From Strigamia acuminata (Eukaryota), in the NCBI GenBank assembly GCA_949358305.1, contig OX442314.1, positions 6,510,001 to 6,574,000 of the forward strand: a stretch of DNA of 64,000 nucleotides. The letters are read 5' to 3'. Of this stretch, positions 1-11,291 are shown in pieces. Numbering within the stretch: the stretch's first letter is position 1; each line of letters opens with the position of its first letter. The notes under the pieces are model-generated. The model saw only the letters and a program-made list of their open reading frames with translations. It had not been told where the DNA came from and ran no database searches. The position numbers were made by a program, and so were the translations under genes.

Positions 1-1587
1 AAAATTAATAATGAGAAAAATGCCAACACATCGGAGATGAACGAGCAAGTAGAGTCACGATCTACCAGCATGTCGAAAATCAACCTTCGACCACGACGAA
101 GCAATAATCCGTTCATTCGGGACGGCAAAGTCGTGGGGAAGAACTAAAAATAAAAAGAAAATGTGATAACATGGAGCGGAGGCCTTGTAAAATAAAAAGA
201 TTTACTTACGAGAGCCGCTGCACATGTTGAGACGCGAAAATTTGGCTAAGTCCAAACTTCGCAACGAATTGTCGCAGTCACCACTAACAGACGAGAAGTT
301 ATAACGTATTGGGCGACCACGTGACAATGAAACCACGCGGTCGACCCCGTAGCGTCATTGCCAGCACGGCGGATCTCGCAAAGCACGAGACGCGTTCGAG
401 ACCCACAATTCTCAGCGTCGATAGGCCTAGTTTCCGACTGTTTTTAACAGGAAGAGACGTGTCTTTCGCTTCTCCCCCAGAGAAAGCCGAAAAACCTCTC
501 AAAACCTTCAATTTTGTGATTTAAAATGGCCGATCGACGAAACCCACGATTAGAGCCGAGCGCATCGTCGAGAGACGAGAGCGACGGCCTAATCGTGAAC
601 GCTGAAGATGATGAGAATTGGGACGAACAACCGCCGTTGCTGGTAAATTAATGTGATTTCCCCAGAGAAATCACATAGTTCTTTGAATCTGTTGCATCCA
701 ACCCAAATTGGAGCGTGACTTGTGACTGATATATTTCTTTCTGTTTTATTGTTGATTTAAGGCTGGCTAAAAACCCGAGAGTGGACCCAGATTCACCTCG
801 GAGTCAAGGCCGCCAAAAAACCAGAACAAAGGAAGTGTTCGCGGAATGGCGTCGTGGCAAACCAAAACCAAAACTAAAGGTTTTCTTTCTTTTAAAATTA
901 AACATCGTAATAAATTAAAATACGATTAGAGTTAAAATAAAAAGTTTAACGTAAAATTAAGAATTTAACGATCGGTTTTGCCTGCGACCCCTTCCTGAAG
1001 CGGACTACCTGAGTTCAAAAAGTAGTGTTGGATCAGCGCTACGACGGCGGAGATCATCGCAGAACTGCGAAACAAGAAAATAAGACCGACGGCCGCAGCA
1101 AAAGAAAGGAGTTGCTGCCACCGTCGATCTTGAGCATATTTCTGATCCCCATCGTTAACTGGGATTTATTATATTAATCTTGTGATCTAAAATTATTCAG
1201 GTCGACCCGCTAGAATCGTGGGACGCCCTGCCTTCGACGGTGTCAACCGCCAACAACATCTTTCGTGGAGCCCTGCCGATTTACCTGCGGCAGGCCTATC
1301 CTGCGGAGACCAGCGCCTGGAAAATCCGATTGATGTATTCCAGGACCCTCGAGGAAAAATTCGAGCGATCGAAGACGCTGGTCGAGTGCATGACGAAGGA
1401 GATGAGGGAGCGAGTGGGGCCGCGGATCCCACCTGATGCGGATCCGCCGAGCCCCGTTTACTCCGAGTATCTGGAAGAGGCTTACCCAGGCACGGTGGCC
1501 GAGCTGCACACCTCCCACAGGTGGCGCGAGGCCCCGACCATGGCAGCCCGCCAGAGAATAGTGGACGACGAGATCGAACGCTTAAAG

Positions 1588-2143
1588 TGTTGGTTTTAGA
1601 CACCAAACTGAATATCGATGTGATATAGAATCACATTTTGTCTTGTATTTATTATTTATTCGTATATCTTTTTAGAATTCGATATGTTTTATTTATCTGT
1701 TATTTTATATAACAAGTTCAATGTTATTCGTATGCCAAATGGTTTATTCTAGATATTTATCTCATGTTTGTGCATGTAACACCATGCAGCATCTAGTTAT
1801 CACGTTTAATTCCCATGTTTACATTTATGTATTTCAACTTACCGACACAAGGTGTCACTATGTATGTTTTCATTCGTTCAACATGGCGCCCACCTCGAGA
1901 AAGAGCTGTCCCGCCATTTTTCACTATATTGGAATCTTTTGTTAAGTATATTATGATTAAATCTTCTTTTATGTTTTTAACAAGTGTTTAGCTTTGTTTA
2001 TCTCGGCCTATGAGCGCATTCTGCGCGGCCATTTATTGTGTATCACGCCAAACGTCGTCGACACGTTCGCGCGTTTGGTGCAACGCCATTTTCGCTTCCA
2101 CTATTCGGTTCACACCGAATTTGCGCCGCTCTCCTCTGCTACA
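1588..2143 (+). repeat. 5' LTR of Copia M
   Basis: Direct repeat of 8285-8840 (offset 6697). No differences seen by eye. Confidence 0.97.
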
Positions 2144-2145
2144 AT

Positions 2146-2163
2146 TGGTAGCAGAGGATGGTT
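2146..2163 (+). promoter_or_regulatory. Primer-binding site, initiator tRNA-Met
   Basis: TGGTAGCAGAGGATGGTT is the complement of the 3' 18 nt of metazoan tRNAiMet and lies 2 nt after the LTR. Confidence 0.92.
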
Positions 2164-3062
2164 GCATCCTCTGCATAATTTTCTGTTTAATTATCGCCGA
2201 AAATTTCGCGAATTTCGCGAATTTCGCGACGATTTAATTGTATTTTCAGATTTCCGAAGTTTTCCGGCCAAATTCGTTTCGAGAACGTCCCGAGACGTAC
2301 TGCCGACGTTTATAGACGACCAGGGTTGTCTATTTCATCGTTTTTCCTGCCTAATATCGTCCGAAATTCCGCGGTCTCGCGAATTTCGAGGCGAATTCTT
2401 TTTTTTTCCAGATTTCGCGTCGATTTGTTTCGACAACGTCCCGACGACGATTTATTCCTCGAAACGAGACGATTCTCGCTGTGTTACACCCCGGTGTGTA
2501 CACAGTATCGCCGAACTCATTTACACGGCGATTTTTCGACGATTTTTGCGTATTTTCGTGAAGAGCCTCGATTTATTCGAGAAGAATTTGGATTTTCGAA
2601 TCCAAATTGCGTTTTTCAAACGGGTTTTTCGAGAAAACCCGCTCGTGCCTTTATCACGAGCTCGCGTGACGTTACGCGAGAGATTCATCAACCTTTTCGC
2701 CTTCCCTGTCGTGAAACTCTGTTAATTATTAAGATAGTTTTAAGATTTTTGGAGAGGGTCCCTATTAGATTCGCAACAGCTCTTCGGACATTCCGTCCAC
2801 CGCTGTTGTTGTATTCCAAAGCAAGGCTGAGCCCTGCGCCACCTAGCATTCCCGCGGCCCCAGGTGGTCACAAAGGACGCTAGGGGGACACTTGCTTTGG
2901 GTTATCAACTGATTATAGCATCAGTTCCCCTTTGTCGGATATCCGCTTTGACAGTGCTTCGTTTCGTGTCGCCGAGAGCTTCATTGTGTACAGTGCTTCG
3001 ACATCGCCGTCGCCATTCTCTGAGCCTTTGTGTTTTGGGCGGTGAGCTGAGTTTACTCCATC

Positions 3063-6000
3063 ATGCAGAAGTTAGGAGAATCCTCGATGGGAAAAATCCC
3101 TATTTTGGGCATTTCGAACTACGAAACGTGGCAGCGCTCGATGCGCATGCTCCTCAAAGCGGAGGGCCTCTGGAGGCACGTAACAGAAGAGAAAGAGGCC
3201 GAACATTTATTAACATTGAGTGAAAAGGAAAAAGAACGATTTGCGACGAAAAAGGATAAAGCGCTCGGCATTATCTACGTCCACGTGAGCGAGGCGAAAC
3301 GTTCTGTGTTGGATGTCTGTAACACCCCCAAAGAGGCTTGGGATGCGTTATCCAAAATCTACGCCCCTAGTTCTCTGGCGAGACAGGCAGCCATGCGGTG
3401 GCAATTTTTGGGTCTTCACCTCGAGTCGAACGAGGAAATGGTCGATTTCATCGCACGTGTCGACCACCACGTCCGCCAACTTAAGGACATTCAAGAAGAC
3501 GTATCCGATAAACATCATGCATACCAGTATTTAAACCGCATACCGCAGGAATACGCTCAAGTGACATTCGCCATCTATCACATGCCTTTAGCGGACTTTA
3601 CGCCAGGCAAGGTTTCAGAACAGTTGATATCCGAATATTTACGTCTCAAATCGATGGGTTTGGCCCATAATTCTTCTTCAACATCGGTGCACGCGTCCGC
3701 CAAAGACCAATCGCGACCTCGGAACGATTCTCGTCGTCGACGACCGCTGTCATCCGTGAAGTGCTTCAACTGCGATCAAATGGGGCACTATGCTAACAAA
3801 TGCCCCCTCCCTCGGCGCACTGACCCAAGTCAATCTACGGCCTCCTTCCAGCGCTCGAGGAGTAAGAGCAAGAAGCCGAATAAGAATTCCGCGCCGAAAG
3901 TCGATGACACGCGTCCCAGAGGCAATTCGCGTCCTGTGCGAAAGACGATCTTCTTCGTGAACGCACCGCAAGTGGTTGAGCGCCCGGTTGCTCACTTTAT
4001 GCAATCCAATGAGTGGATTGTAGATTGTGGCGCTACAGACCACGTCTCGCATGTACGATCATGGTTCTCCGACTTTACGAACATTGTACCTTTCGACATT
4101 GAATTAGGCCAGGGAAAATCCCAAGTTACTGGCAAAGGAAGCGTACAATTATTGACACGCGTAGACGATTACGACAGTATTGTGGTCTTGACGAACGTTT
4201 TATACGCGCCGAGCTTCGAAGCCAATTTGATCTCGGTGTCTAAGATTGACAAGACCCGTCACCATATCCATATTTACAATGGTGAAGTTAACATCTATGA
4301 ATCGTCGATTGAGAGTCCCATCCTACGCGCACGGGAGAAGAGTGGCCTTTATTATGTGGACGGGTTGTGCTCTAATCCGGCTGTTTCGACATTGATTTCT
4401 CCAATTACTCAACCTGAGCCTGTACAGACTTTCGTAACGACAGAGGTTGAATTCGAGAACATCCCGAAGCCTAAAAAGCAACAGTCAAAGCAACGTGACA
4501 TTTCGGACTTTAGAATTCAAATGCCACCAATGCCAAACCAGAAGTCAATTCCGGTAGCGACCAACCCATTGCCTATTCCGCAATCCTTACCTCCTATCCA
4601 CAATGAGCCACCTACCCCATCCTATGCTGATGTAATACAGCAAATCCCTTCCACACCTTTGCCAGTGATCTCCAATCCTTCCAATGTCTCTCCGTCACAA
4701 AAAGAGATAATCCCGAAACCTTTTCAATCCCCGAAGAAGGTTATTGCCAATCCTGCTTCAATCAAAGATGCAACTGGTTTGTGGCATAGTCGCCTTGGCC
4801 ACTTACACACTAATGCGATGCGATTGTTGGCGAACAACGATCATGTGCACGGTCTCGAACCAGCAGAAGTACGCCAAGAGCTGGCTTGCAACCACTGTCG
4901 GATTGCAAAATCAACTAGGGCTTCGCACAAACCGGATCCACATCCTTGCACGACACAACCACTAGACCTTCTACACATGGACGTGTGGGGGCCGGCTCCT
5001 GTGACCTCTTTTGGTGGTGCTCGTTTTGTCTTCACCGTCATCGACGATGCGACGAGATACACCTGGATTACGCCCCTTGCACAGAAATCACAAGTTTTTG
5101 AATGCTTCAAAGACCTCGTTGCCAGACTCGAACGGGTTGCAAATACCCGCATCAAAGCGATTCGGTCTGACAGAGGAGGTGAATTTATGTCCAATGAATT
5201 TCTTCAATACCTTAAAGAAAAGGGGATCCAGGGTCAGCGAACAAACCCGTCATCACCACAGATGAACGGAACTGCCGAGAGAATCAACAGGACGATGGCT
5301 GACAACTTTCGAGCTATACTCGAAGAAACACAACTTCCAGAGGGCCTGTGGGCTGAACTAGCGGTTACATTTGCCTACATCAAAAATCGCAGCCCACATT
5401 CACGCTTGAAGAATGAAGTGCCATACATCCTTTGGCGTCAACGTGCCCTATCACTTCGACATTTGAGAAAGATCGGATCCAAATGTTGGGTACACTTTAC
5501 TGCACCAGGCCGAAAGAAACTCGATGCTCGGGCCTGGGAAGGATTTTTGGTTGGATACGCAACGGGAACACGAGGATATCGTGTATGGAACCCCATAGAT
5601 AACTCGATAACGGAATCCATTCACGTCAAAATAGACGAGTATCAATCCTACCGAAAATTGCTTAAAAGTCTTAATGGTCGCCAAAATCAAACTTTCGACG
5701 ATCCAGATGTTGACCAACAACAAAGAGTATCATTCGACGACGACGTACATTACGTCGATTGGCCCAAACGGACAGACTCGGATGAAGGGTCGTCAAATGG
5801 TGAATCTGATGATGATGACGACGATGGAAATGGATCGGTTTCGAGATCGATATCCATTCCTTTTGTTCACATTCCTCCACTTAACACTCCGGAACGTCAA
5901 CTTATTGATGCGTGTGCATTAGCATTGCCCGGTTCATCAAGCGTGGGCCGCTCAGCATCATACCCGATCCTTTATCAAGAGGAAGGACAGGATACGGATG

Positions 6001-8063
6001 AAGATGTTGGACAGATCGTCGAGGAGGCAATCCAACCGGACGCAGCACAATTGCATCAAATTCAATCCCCTCACATCTCACCGGAAACGTCTCAAGCAAG
6101 TTCTCCCGGACTCTCGCCGCCGGGATCACCACTACGTTTTGTCACAACACGTAGAAGAGATGGCCGAAACGTTTTGCAGCAAATGATGCCAATTTTCGAT
6201 CAAGGTGCTTTATCTCCGTTACCTCCTGGTCCAACTCATGTACCGGCCCCGTCAGCGGGAAAAACGTCTTTCTTTTGGCGCTATATCGGCGGAGATACAG
6301 TCTTTAGACGATGGGTTCGGGAAGAGCATCTTCGAAAAGATCAACAACCCGGCTGCATCGATACCGACGTTTATTATTTCCCGGAACCGAATCTTCGACT
6401 GCGTTCGAGACGAGACGTCGAAGAGTTCTGCGTTATGAACAATCTCCCTTATGATTCTGAACTTTTCTTTTTCGGCAATATGGAACACACGCTGCCCACG
6501 ATTCCTGGTCCTCGTCACGTCGCACATCTATGTCGCACGGAACCGTCATCGTATGCCGAAATCCCGAAATTTCATGACGCCCCAAAATGGCGCGAAGCCA
6601 TTGATGAAGAGTTGGGGACATTCAAAGAAAGAGAAATTTACGTTGAAGTTCCGAGACCACCCAAGACCACAGTGTTGGGCTGTAAATGGATTTTTAAGTT
6701 AAAATCGGATGCGGCCGGCACCATAACTCGTTATCGCGCAAGACTCGTGGCCCAGGGTTTTCGACAAACCCTGGGAGTGGACTACGATGAGGTCTTTAGT
6801 CCGGTCGTAAACTTTGTGCTCATCCGACTTTTCTTCTGTCTTCTGGTTGTTTTGAAAGGGTGGAAAGATGCGCACCTCGACGTCAAGTGTGCATACCTGT
6901 ACGGGGACCTGAAGCACAAGGTATACATGCGCATCCCGGCAGGTGCAACCTGTACGAATCCCGACAACGTATGGCTGCTTGTTAAATCCCTCTACGGACT
7001 TCACCAATCAGGGAGGCAGTGGTACGAAAAGTTGGACGAGTCACTTCGAGCCCTCGGTTTTCGGAAAATGCCCGCCTGCAATTGCGTGTATATCTACGGC
7101 AATTGTGCAGTCATGCTGGTGTACGTCGATGACATTGTTCTGTTTTACGCTTCCGACACCGTGTTAAACCGAATCATCCAACTTATCACCTCGAAGTTCG
7201 ATATCGTCAACCTCGGACCCATCACGAAACTATTAGGAGTCGAGTTCATCCGAGATATGGGGCGCACTTTTATTTCACAACGCGCCTATATCGTCAAACT
7301 GGTCAAGAAGTTTGAAGTATCGACGAATCGACTCGTGAAAGTCCCAGTTACACCCGGGACGACACTCGTGAAGGGACCCACCGACAACTTGATTGACTTT
7401 CCATATCGATCGCTGATCGGATCGCTCCTGTTTCTGGCTTCGAGGACACGCCCCGACATCTTATTTTCCGTCATTTCGCTGAGTCAATTCAATACGTGCT
7501 ACGACAAAACCCACATTCGTGCCCTTTTGCAAGTACTCCAATACGTGGCAAACACCATGGATTATTGCATCGAACTTTCAGGCTGCACGTCCAGTCAGCT
7601 CTGGGCATATACGGATGCGTCGTGGGCAAGCGACTTGGCTACGTCTTTAAGTTTCGGCGGTTTCATAACTTATATCGGAAATGTGCCTATTGGCTGGTCG
7701 TGCCGAAAACAATCAACGGTCGCATGTTCAACTATGGAAGCGGAATTTATCGCCCTGGTTGAATGTGTGAAAGAAACCTACTGGCTCGATCACATTTTCA
7801 CCGAATTTCCGATCCTCGACCGTATCTCGCGACCGATTATTTACTCCGACGCCCTGGCCAGTATTCAATTTACATCGAATGACGTGGAGAATGCTAAAAC
7901 AAAGCATATCCGCGTCAAATACCATTGGCTCAGGGAGTGGTTCACGGCAGGATGTTTTGATCTTCGTAAAGTGTCCGGTGAACGGAACGTCGCAGACATA
8001 TTCACCAAATGGCTCAGCTCTGAACGTCTGCGATCACTAATTTCAAACATCTTCCGACTGTGA
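3063..8063 (+). CDS. Copia Gag-Pol polyprotein (Gag, CCHC knuckle, protease, integrase, MBD, RT, RNase H)
   Basis: Motifs in order: CFNCDQMGHYANKC; WIVDCGATDH; LWHSRLGH; LLHMDVWGP..IRSDRGGEF..NGTAER; MBD-like segment; RYRARLVAQG; YVDD; AYTDASWA; NVADIFTK. Confidence 0.96.
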   Translation: MQKLGESSMGKIPILGISNYETWQRSMRMLLKAEGLWRHVTEEKEAEHLLTLSEKEKERFATKKDKALGIIYVHVSEAKRSVLDVCNTPKEAWDALSKIYAPSSLARQAAMRWQFLGLHLESNEEMVDFIARVDHHVRQLKDIQEDVSDKHHAYQYLNRIPQEYAQVTFAIYHMPLADFTPGKVSEQLISEYLRLKSMGLAHNSSSTSVHASAKDQSRPRNDSRRRRPLSSVKCFNCDQMGHYANKCPLPRRTDPSQSTASFQRSRSKSKKPNKNSAPKVDDTRPRGNSRPVRKTIFFVNAPQVVERPVAHFMQSNEWIVDCGATDHVSHVRSWFSDFTNIVPFDIELGQGKSQVTGKGSVQLLTRVDDYDSIVVLTNVLYAPSFEANLISVSKIDKTRHHIHIYNGEVNIYESSIESPILRAREKSGLYYVDGLCSNPAVSTLISPITQPEPVQTFVTTEVEFENIPKPKKQQSKQRDISDFRIQMPPMPNQKSIPVATNPLPIPQSLPPIHNEPPTPSYADVIQQIPSTPLPVISNPSNVSPSQKEIIPKPFQSPKKVIANPASIKDATGLWHSRLGHLHTNAMRLLANNDHVHGLEPAEVRQELACNHCRIAKSTRASHKPDPHPCTTQPLDLLHMDVWGPAPVTSFGGARFVFTVIDDATRYTWITPLAQKSQVFECFKDLVARLERVANTRIKAIRSDRGGEFMSNEFLQYLKEKGIQGQRTNPSSPQMNGTAERINRTMADNFRAILEETQLPEGLWAELAVTFAYIKNRSPHSRLKNEVPYILWRQRALSLRHLRKIGSKCWVHFTAPGRKKLDARAWEGFLVGYATGTRGYRVWNPIDNSITESIHVKIDEYQSYRKLLKSLNGRQNQTFDDPDVDQQQRVSFDDDVHYVDWPKRTDSDEGSSNGESDDDDDDGNGSVSRSISIPFVHIPPLNTPERQLIDACALALPGSSSVGRSASYPILYQEEGQDTDEDVGQIVEEAIQPDAAQLHQIQSPHISPETSQASSPGLSPPGSPLRFVTTRRRDGRNVLQQMMPIFDQGALSPLPPGPTHVPAPSAGKTSFFWRYIGGDTVFRRWVREEHLRKDQQPGCIDTDVYYFPEPNLRLRSRRDVEEFCVMNNLPYDSELFFFGNMEHTLPTIPGPRHVAHLCRTEPSSYAEIPKFHDAPKWREAIDEELGTFKEREIYVEVPRPPKTTVLGCKWIFKLKSDAAGTITRYRARLVAQGFRQTLGVDYDEVFSPVVNFVLIRLFFCLLVVLKGWKDAHLDVKCAYLYGDLKHKVYMRIPAGATCTNPDNVWLLVKSLYGLHQSGRQWYEKLDESLRALGFRKMPACNCVYIYGNCAVMLVYVDDIVLFYASDTVLNRIIQLITSKFDIVNLGPITKLLGVEFIRDMGRTFISQRAYIVKLVKKFEVSTNRLVKVPVTPGTTLVKGPTDNLIDFPYRSLIGSLLFLASRTRPDILFSVISLSQFNTCYDKTHIRALLQVLQYVANTMDYCIELSGCTSSQLWAYTDASWASDLATSLSFGGFITYIGNVPIGWSCRKQSTVACSTMEAEFIALVECVKETYWLDHIFTEFPILDRISRPIIYSDALASIQFTSNDVENAKTKHIRVKYHWLREWFTAGCFDLRKVSGERNVADIFTKWLSSERLRSLISNIFRL
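6297..6476 (+). other. Methyl-CpG-binding domain (MBD) inside the Copia polyprotein
   Basis: WVREEHLRK..G..DTDVYYFPEPNLRLRSRRDVEEFC...FFF matches the MBD pattern W-x-R-E-x3-R-K...DVYY..P...[FL]RS..E...F-x-F. Confidence 0.85.
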
Positions 8064-8272
8064 ACTTTTACCGAGACATTATCGTGACATTCTTTATTTC
8101 TTATACCCGATTACGAGGATCATCGAGTTTCTGAGGGAATATTCGGGCTTACGTAGTGTTTTTCAATGATAGTACCCGACTCGATGATTCGACTTTATTA
8201 TTTATCTTTTCTCGTAAAATTATACTGTAATTTCAGTCATTGTATATGTTTTCTCCTGACTCTATTTCCATC

Positions 8273-8284
8273 GATAGGGGGAAT
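8273..8284 (+). promoter_or_regulatory. Polypurine tract of Copia M
   Basis: GATAGGGGGAAT lies immediately before the 3' LTR. Confidence 0.85.
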
Positions 8285-8840
8285 TGTTGGTTTTAGACAC
8301 CAAACTGAATATCGATGTGATATAGAATCACATTTTGTCTTGTATTTATTATTTATTCGTATATCTTTTTAGAATTCGATATGTTTTATTTATCTGTTAT
8401 TTTATATAACAAGTTCAATGTTATTCGTATGCCAAATGGTTTATTCTAGATATTTATCTCATGTTTGTGCATGTAACACCATGCAGCATCTAGTTATCAC
8501 GTTTAATTCCCATGTTTACATTTATGTATTTCAACTTACCGACACAAGGTGTCACTATGTATGTTTTCATTCGTTCAACATGGCGCCCACCTCGAGAAAG
8601 AGCTGTCCCGCCATTTTTCACTATATTGGAATCTTTTGTTAAGTATATTATGATTAAATCTTCTTTTATGTTTTTAACAAGTGTTTAGCTTTGTTTATCT
8701 CGGCCTATGAGCGCATTCTGCGCGGCCATTTATTGTGTATCACGCCAAACGTCGTCGACACGTTCGCGCGTTTGGTGCAACGCCATTTTCGCTTCCACTA
8801 TTCGGTTCACACCGAATTTGCGCCGCTCTCCTCTGCTACA
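8285..8840 (+). repeat. 3' LTR of Copia M
   Basis: Copy of 1588-2143, followed by the TSD TAAAG. Confidence 0.97.
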
Positions 8841-11291
8841 TAAAGCGCACCGAGACTCACGGAGTAACCCGAGTTCTCGAGAGAAACGGTTTCTCCCCCG
8901 AAGAAATCCGTAGATGGCTTCGAGACGTCGAAGAAGACCACTGGACGCCCAGATGGATACCGCCGGCGAATTTTACGGCCACGCAGTCTGAGATGTGGCA
9001 GTTATACCACGCTGGTATCCTGGGAAGTCGCCGCCATCGAAGAAGATCGAAGCGTCCGGCGGAGTCAGCCCCACGCAAACCCGCACGGAGAAGACGGGCC
9101 GTCTCCCCAATAGAGGCCGGCCCGTCAACGAGTCGCGACTACCGCAGCCGCTCGAGCAGCTCCAGTTCCCGAACTCGAGTTGTCGTGCGCTCGGAGTGTC
9201 GCCGAGTAGTAACGCTCGAGCCTGCCTCGCCAGACGACGCGCGGGCTGAGCGAACAGTCGAAACTTCCGCCCACTGGGCTGCGAGGACCGAGACACATCA
9301 AGATCGAGGAAAGAAAAGATCCTCGTTATTTATGGCGATTACCACACAGTCGTCAGATCAATTCTCGTCGCGACGAACCGTCTCATCACACCCGAGACCG
9401 GATTCTCCGACGGACGTCCCCCAGAGGACGACTTGACGAGGACCCGTCACAGCCAGCACCAGAAGGAACCGGAAACGCAAAGTACGTCAGAAGATGCGTG
9501 CACAATCCCTGATAGCTAAGGGATTAGAGAAGGAGCGAGAGATGGCCGCCGCGAAAAGGTCCGAACCCCGAAGTCTCGAACCCACGGCTGGGCCGTCCAG
9601 GCTCCAAGCGGAGATCGATTTGGGCGAATTGACGGAGGAACAAATGTCCCCAGATGAGTCGGACAAAGATGGGCCGGTTACGAAACAAGATTTGGCCGAA
9701 GCTTTAAAGAACGCCTTTCGAGGATACGCGGCCAACCGGCCGTCGGGATCAACCCCGACCGTGCCGACAGCGCTCGTACCCCCACAGGTACAGGCGCGAT
9801 GGCCGCCACTTCTTGAGGGCACGAATCCAGCCGTAACTGCGTGGACTCCTCCCCGGATGATTCCGGTGGGAGATCCAGCTCCAAAACGGGTCAGATACGA
9901 TGACCTACCCGGGTTGGGCCGTCCACCGTCACCCCCAACGCCACGAGTGTGTCGACCTTATCGCAACGCCGAATGGTACGCACAGCGAGAGATGGACGCT
10001 CGATGCCGGCGTGAAGCGGCCTATCCTCCACTCAGCGAGCTGCAGGAATATCTGGCCGAATACGAGATCCCCGCGAATGCCGAGTTGGCCATACGACAGG
10101 CCGACGCTGCCCAAACTCACCACATCAATTGGGCGATCGAACAGATGCGGACGCTGTCACAACAATTCAGTGACAATCCGGACCGCGCTCACCCCTGCCA
10201 TCGGAGCAGTTTGAATTTGGCTGTGACGAACGTAATGGCCCAGCTGTTGTCCCTGGGCGTCTTCTTGGACAGCCGGCAAGCTATGGCGGCCTGGACAATC
10301 GTCGACCGTGAGGGAGTCCACCTTCTTCGGGCGTTGTACCAGGTGTGGGCCGGATGGACTCCTGAGCCCGCCTCTCTACGCTTCGATCTGGCCAGAAATA
10401 CGGAAAACCCAGGCCTACAGTTTTCTAAGATGCGTTCGTTGGCCTTCCGCTACCGGGACCCCGGAGTCCACCCTTCCTTGTTGCGAACAATTCGGGAGGC
10501 TCCGGAGATACCGGGGACGGCAGCGAGCCTCCCACAGGCCATCGAGACCGCCCCCCCAGAGGCGGCGGTCCAACCATACATACCGACCCCAAAGCCGGTA
10601 TTCCCGAAGGAGAAGCGGTACGCGAATCGACCCAAATTGATTCCGAAGCGCTCCAACCGAGGACCGCAAACTCCTCCGCTGCCCTCTCCTTCACCACCAG
10701 CGGCAGGGCTGGCCGCTCTTTCAACAGAGCCGGCTACGCCACGGTTGGAGAGCCCAATGGAGATTCCACTTCCTCCATCACCTCCGCCGCCCCCAGCAGC
10801 GCAGCTTTACTTGAGGTTGGGAGTGGAGTATCCATTCCTTCAGATGTCGGAGTTCACGCGACAGCGCATTATTAACTCCGATGATCATGGCGAGTCGATC
10901 CTCAAGTGGCTGAACAGAGAGGCCCGATCTACTATGGACACCGTCTTCCATCGACGAATCCTGCGAGCCCACCGAAAACCCGGATCGAGTGCAGAGTCGC
11001 GAAGGATCCGACTTGTTCCCGACCGATTCCCTGCATCCACCCGGATTTGGATCCACGAGCGAGCAGGACTGATTGGCGAACCCATCGGCGGCCACCCGCA
11101 GTATTTCATCAATGAGCGGCAAAATCCCGCAGATCTGACAACCTCTCTGCCCCCGGACTTACCACCGCCGCCACCGGCAGTGCCGCCAGTGATCCTCCGC
11201 CCATGCAGAGGAGTACTGCCGGCGCTTCCCCGAGGAGAGCGATAAAAAATTGAGATCGCTCCGATCCGTGATCGAAGCTGGAGGAGGGACG

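Larger units (their letters stand above)
1588..8840 (+). mobile_element. Full-length Ty1/Copia LTR retrotransposon with MBD domain (element M)
   Basis: Two 556-bp TG...CA LTRs, 5-bp TSD TAAAG (1583-1587 and 8841-8845), PBS, PPT, and a single gag-PR-IN-RT-RH ORF. Confidence 0.97.
1201..11245 (+). pseudogene. Disrupted Pro/Arg-rich accessory ORF of element H (segments 1201-1587 and 8846-11245)
   Basis: Removing Copia M and one TAAAG copy joins ...ERLK to RTETHG... in frame. ORFs 8735-9436 and 9494-11245 share a frame and are separated by one TGA (9434-9436). A TTCAG acceptor-like site lies at 1196-1200. Confidence 0.7.

Noticed and set aside
526..880. Exact upstream exon model for H's accessory gene
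   Set aside because: Coding-like segments exist, but I could not find phase-consistent splice junctions.
2146..2163. tRNA genes at the tRNA-like 18-mers (also 27866, 32614, 53007)
   Set aside because: Only the 3'-end complement including CCA is present next to LTRs, so these are PBSs.
1994..2883. ORFs 1994-2725 and 2326-2883 as genes
   Set aside because: They have non-ATG starts, span the LTR, PBS and leader, and show no recognisable motifs. They are likely stop-poor by composition.
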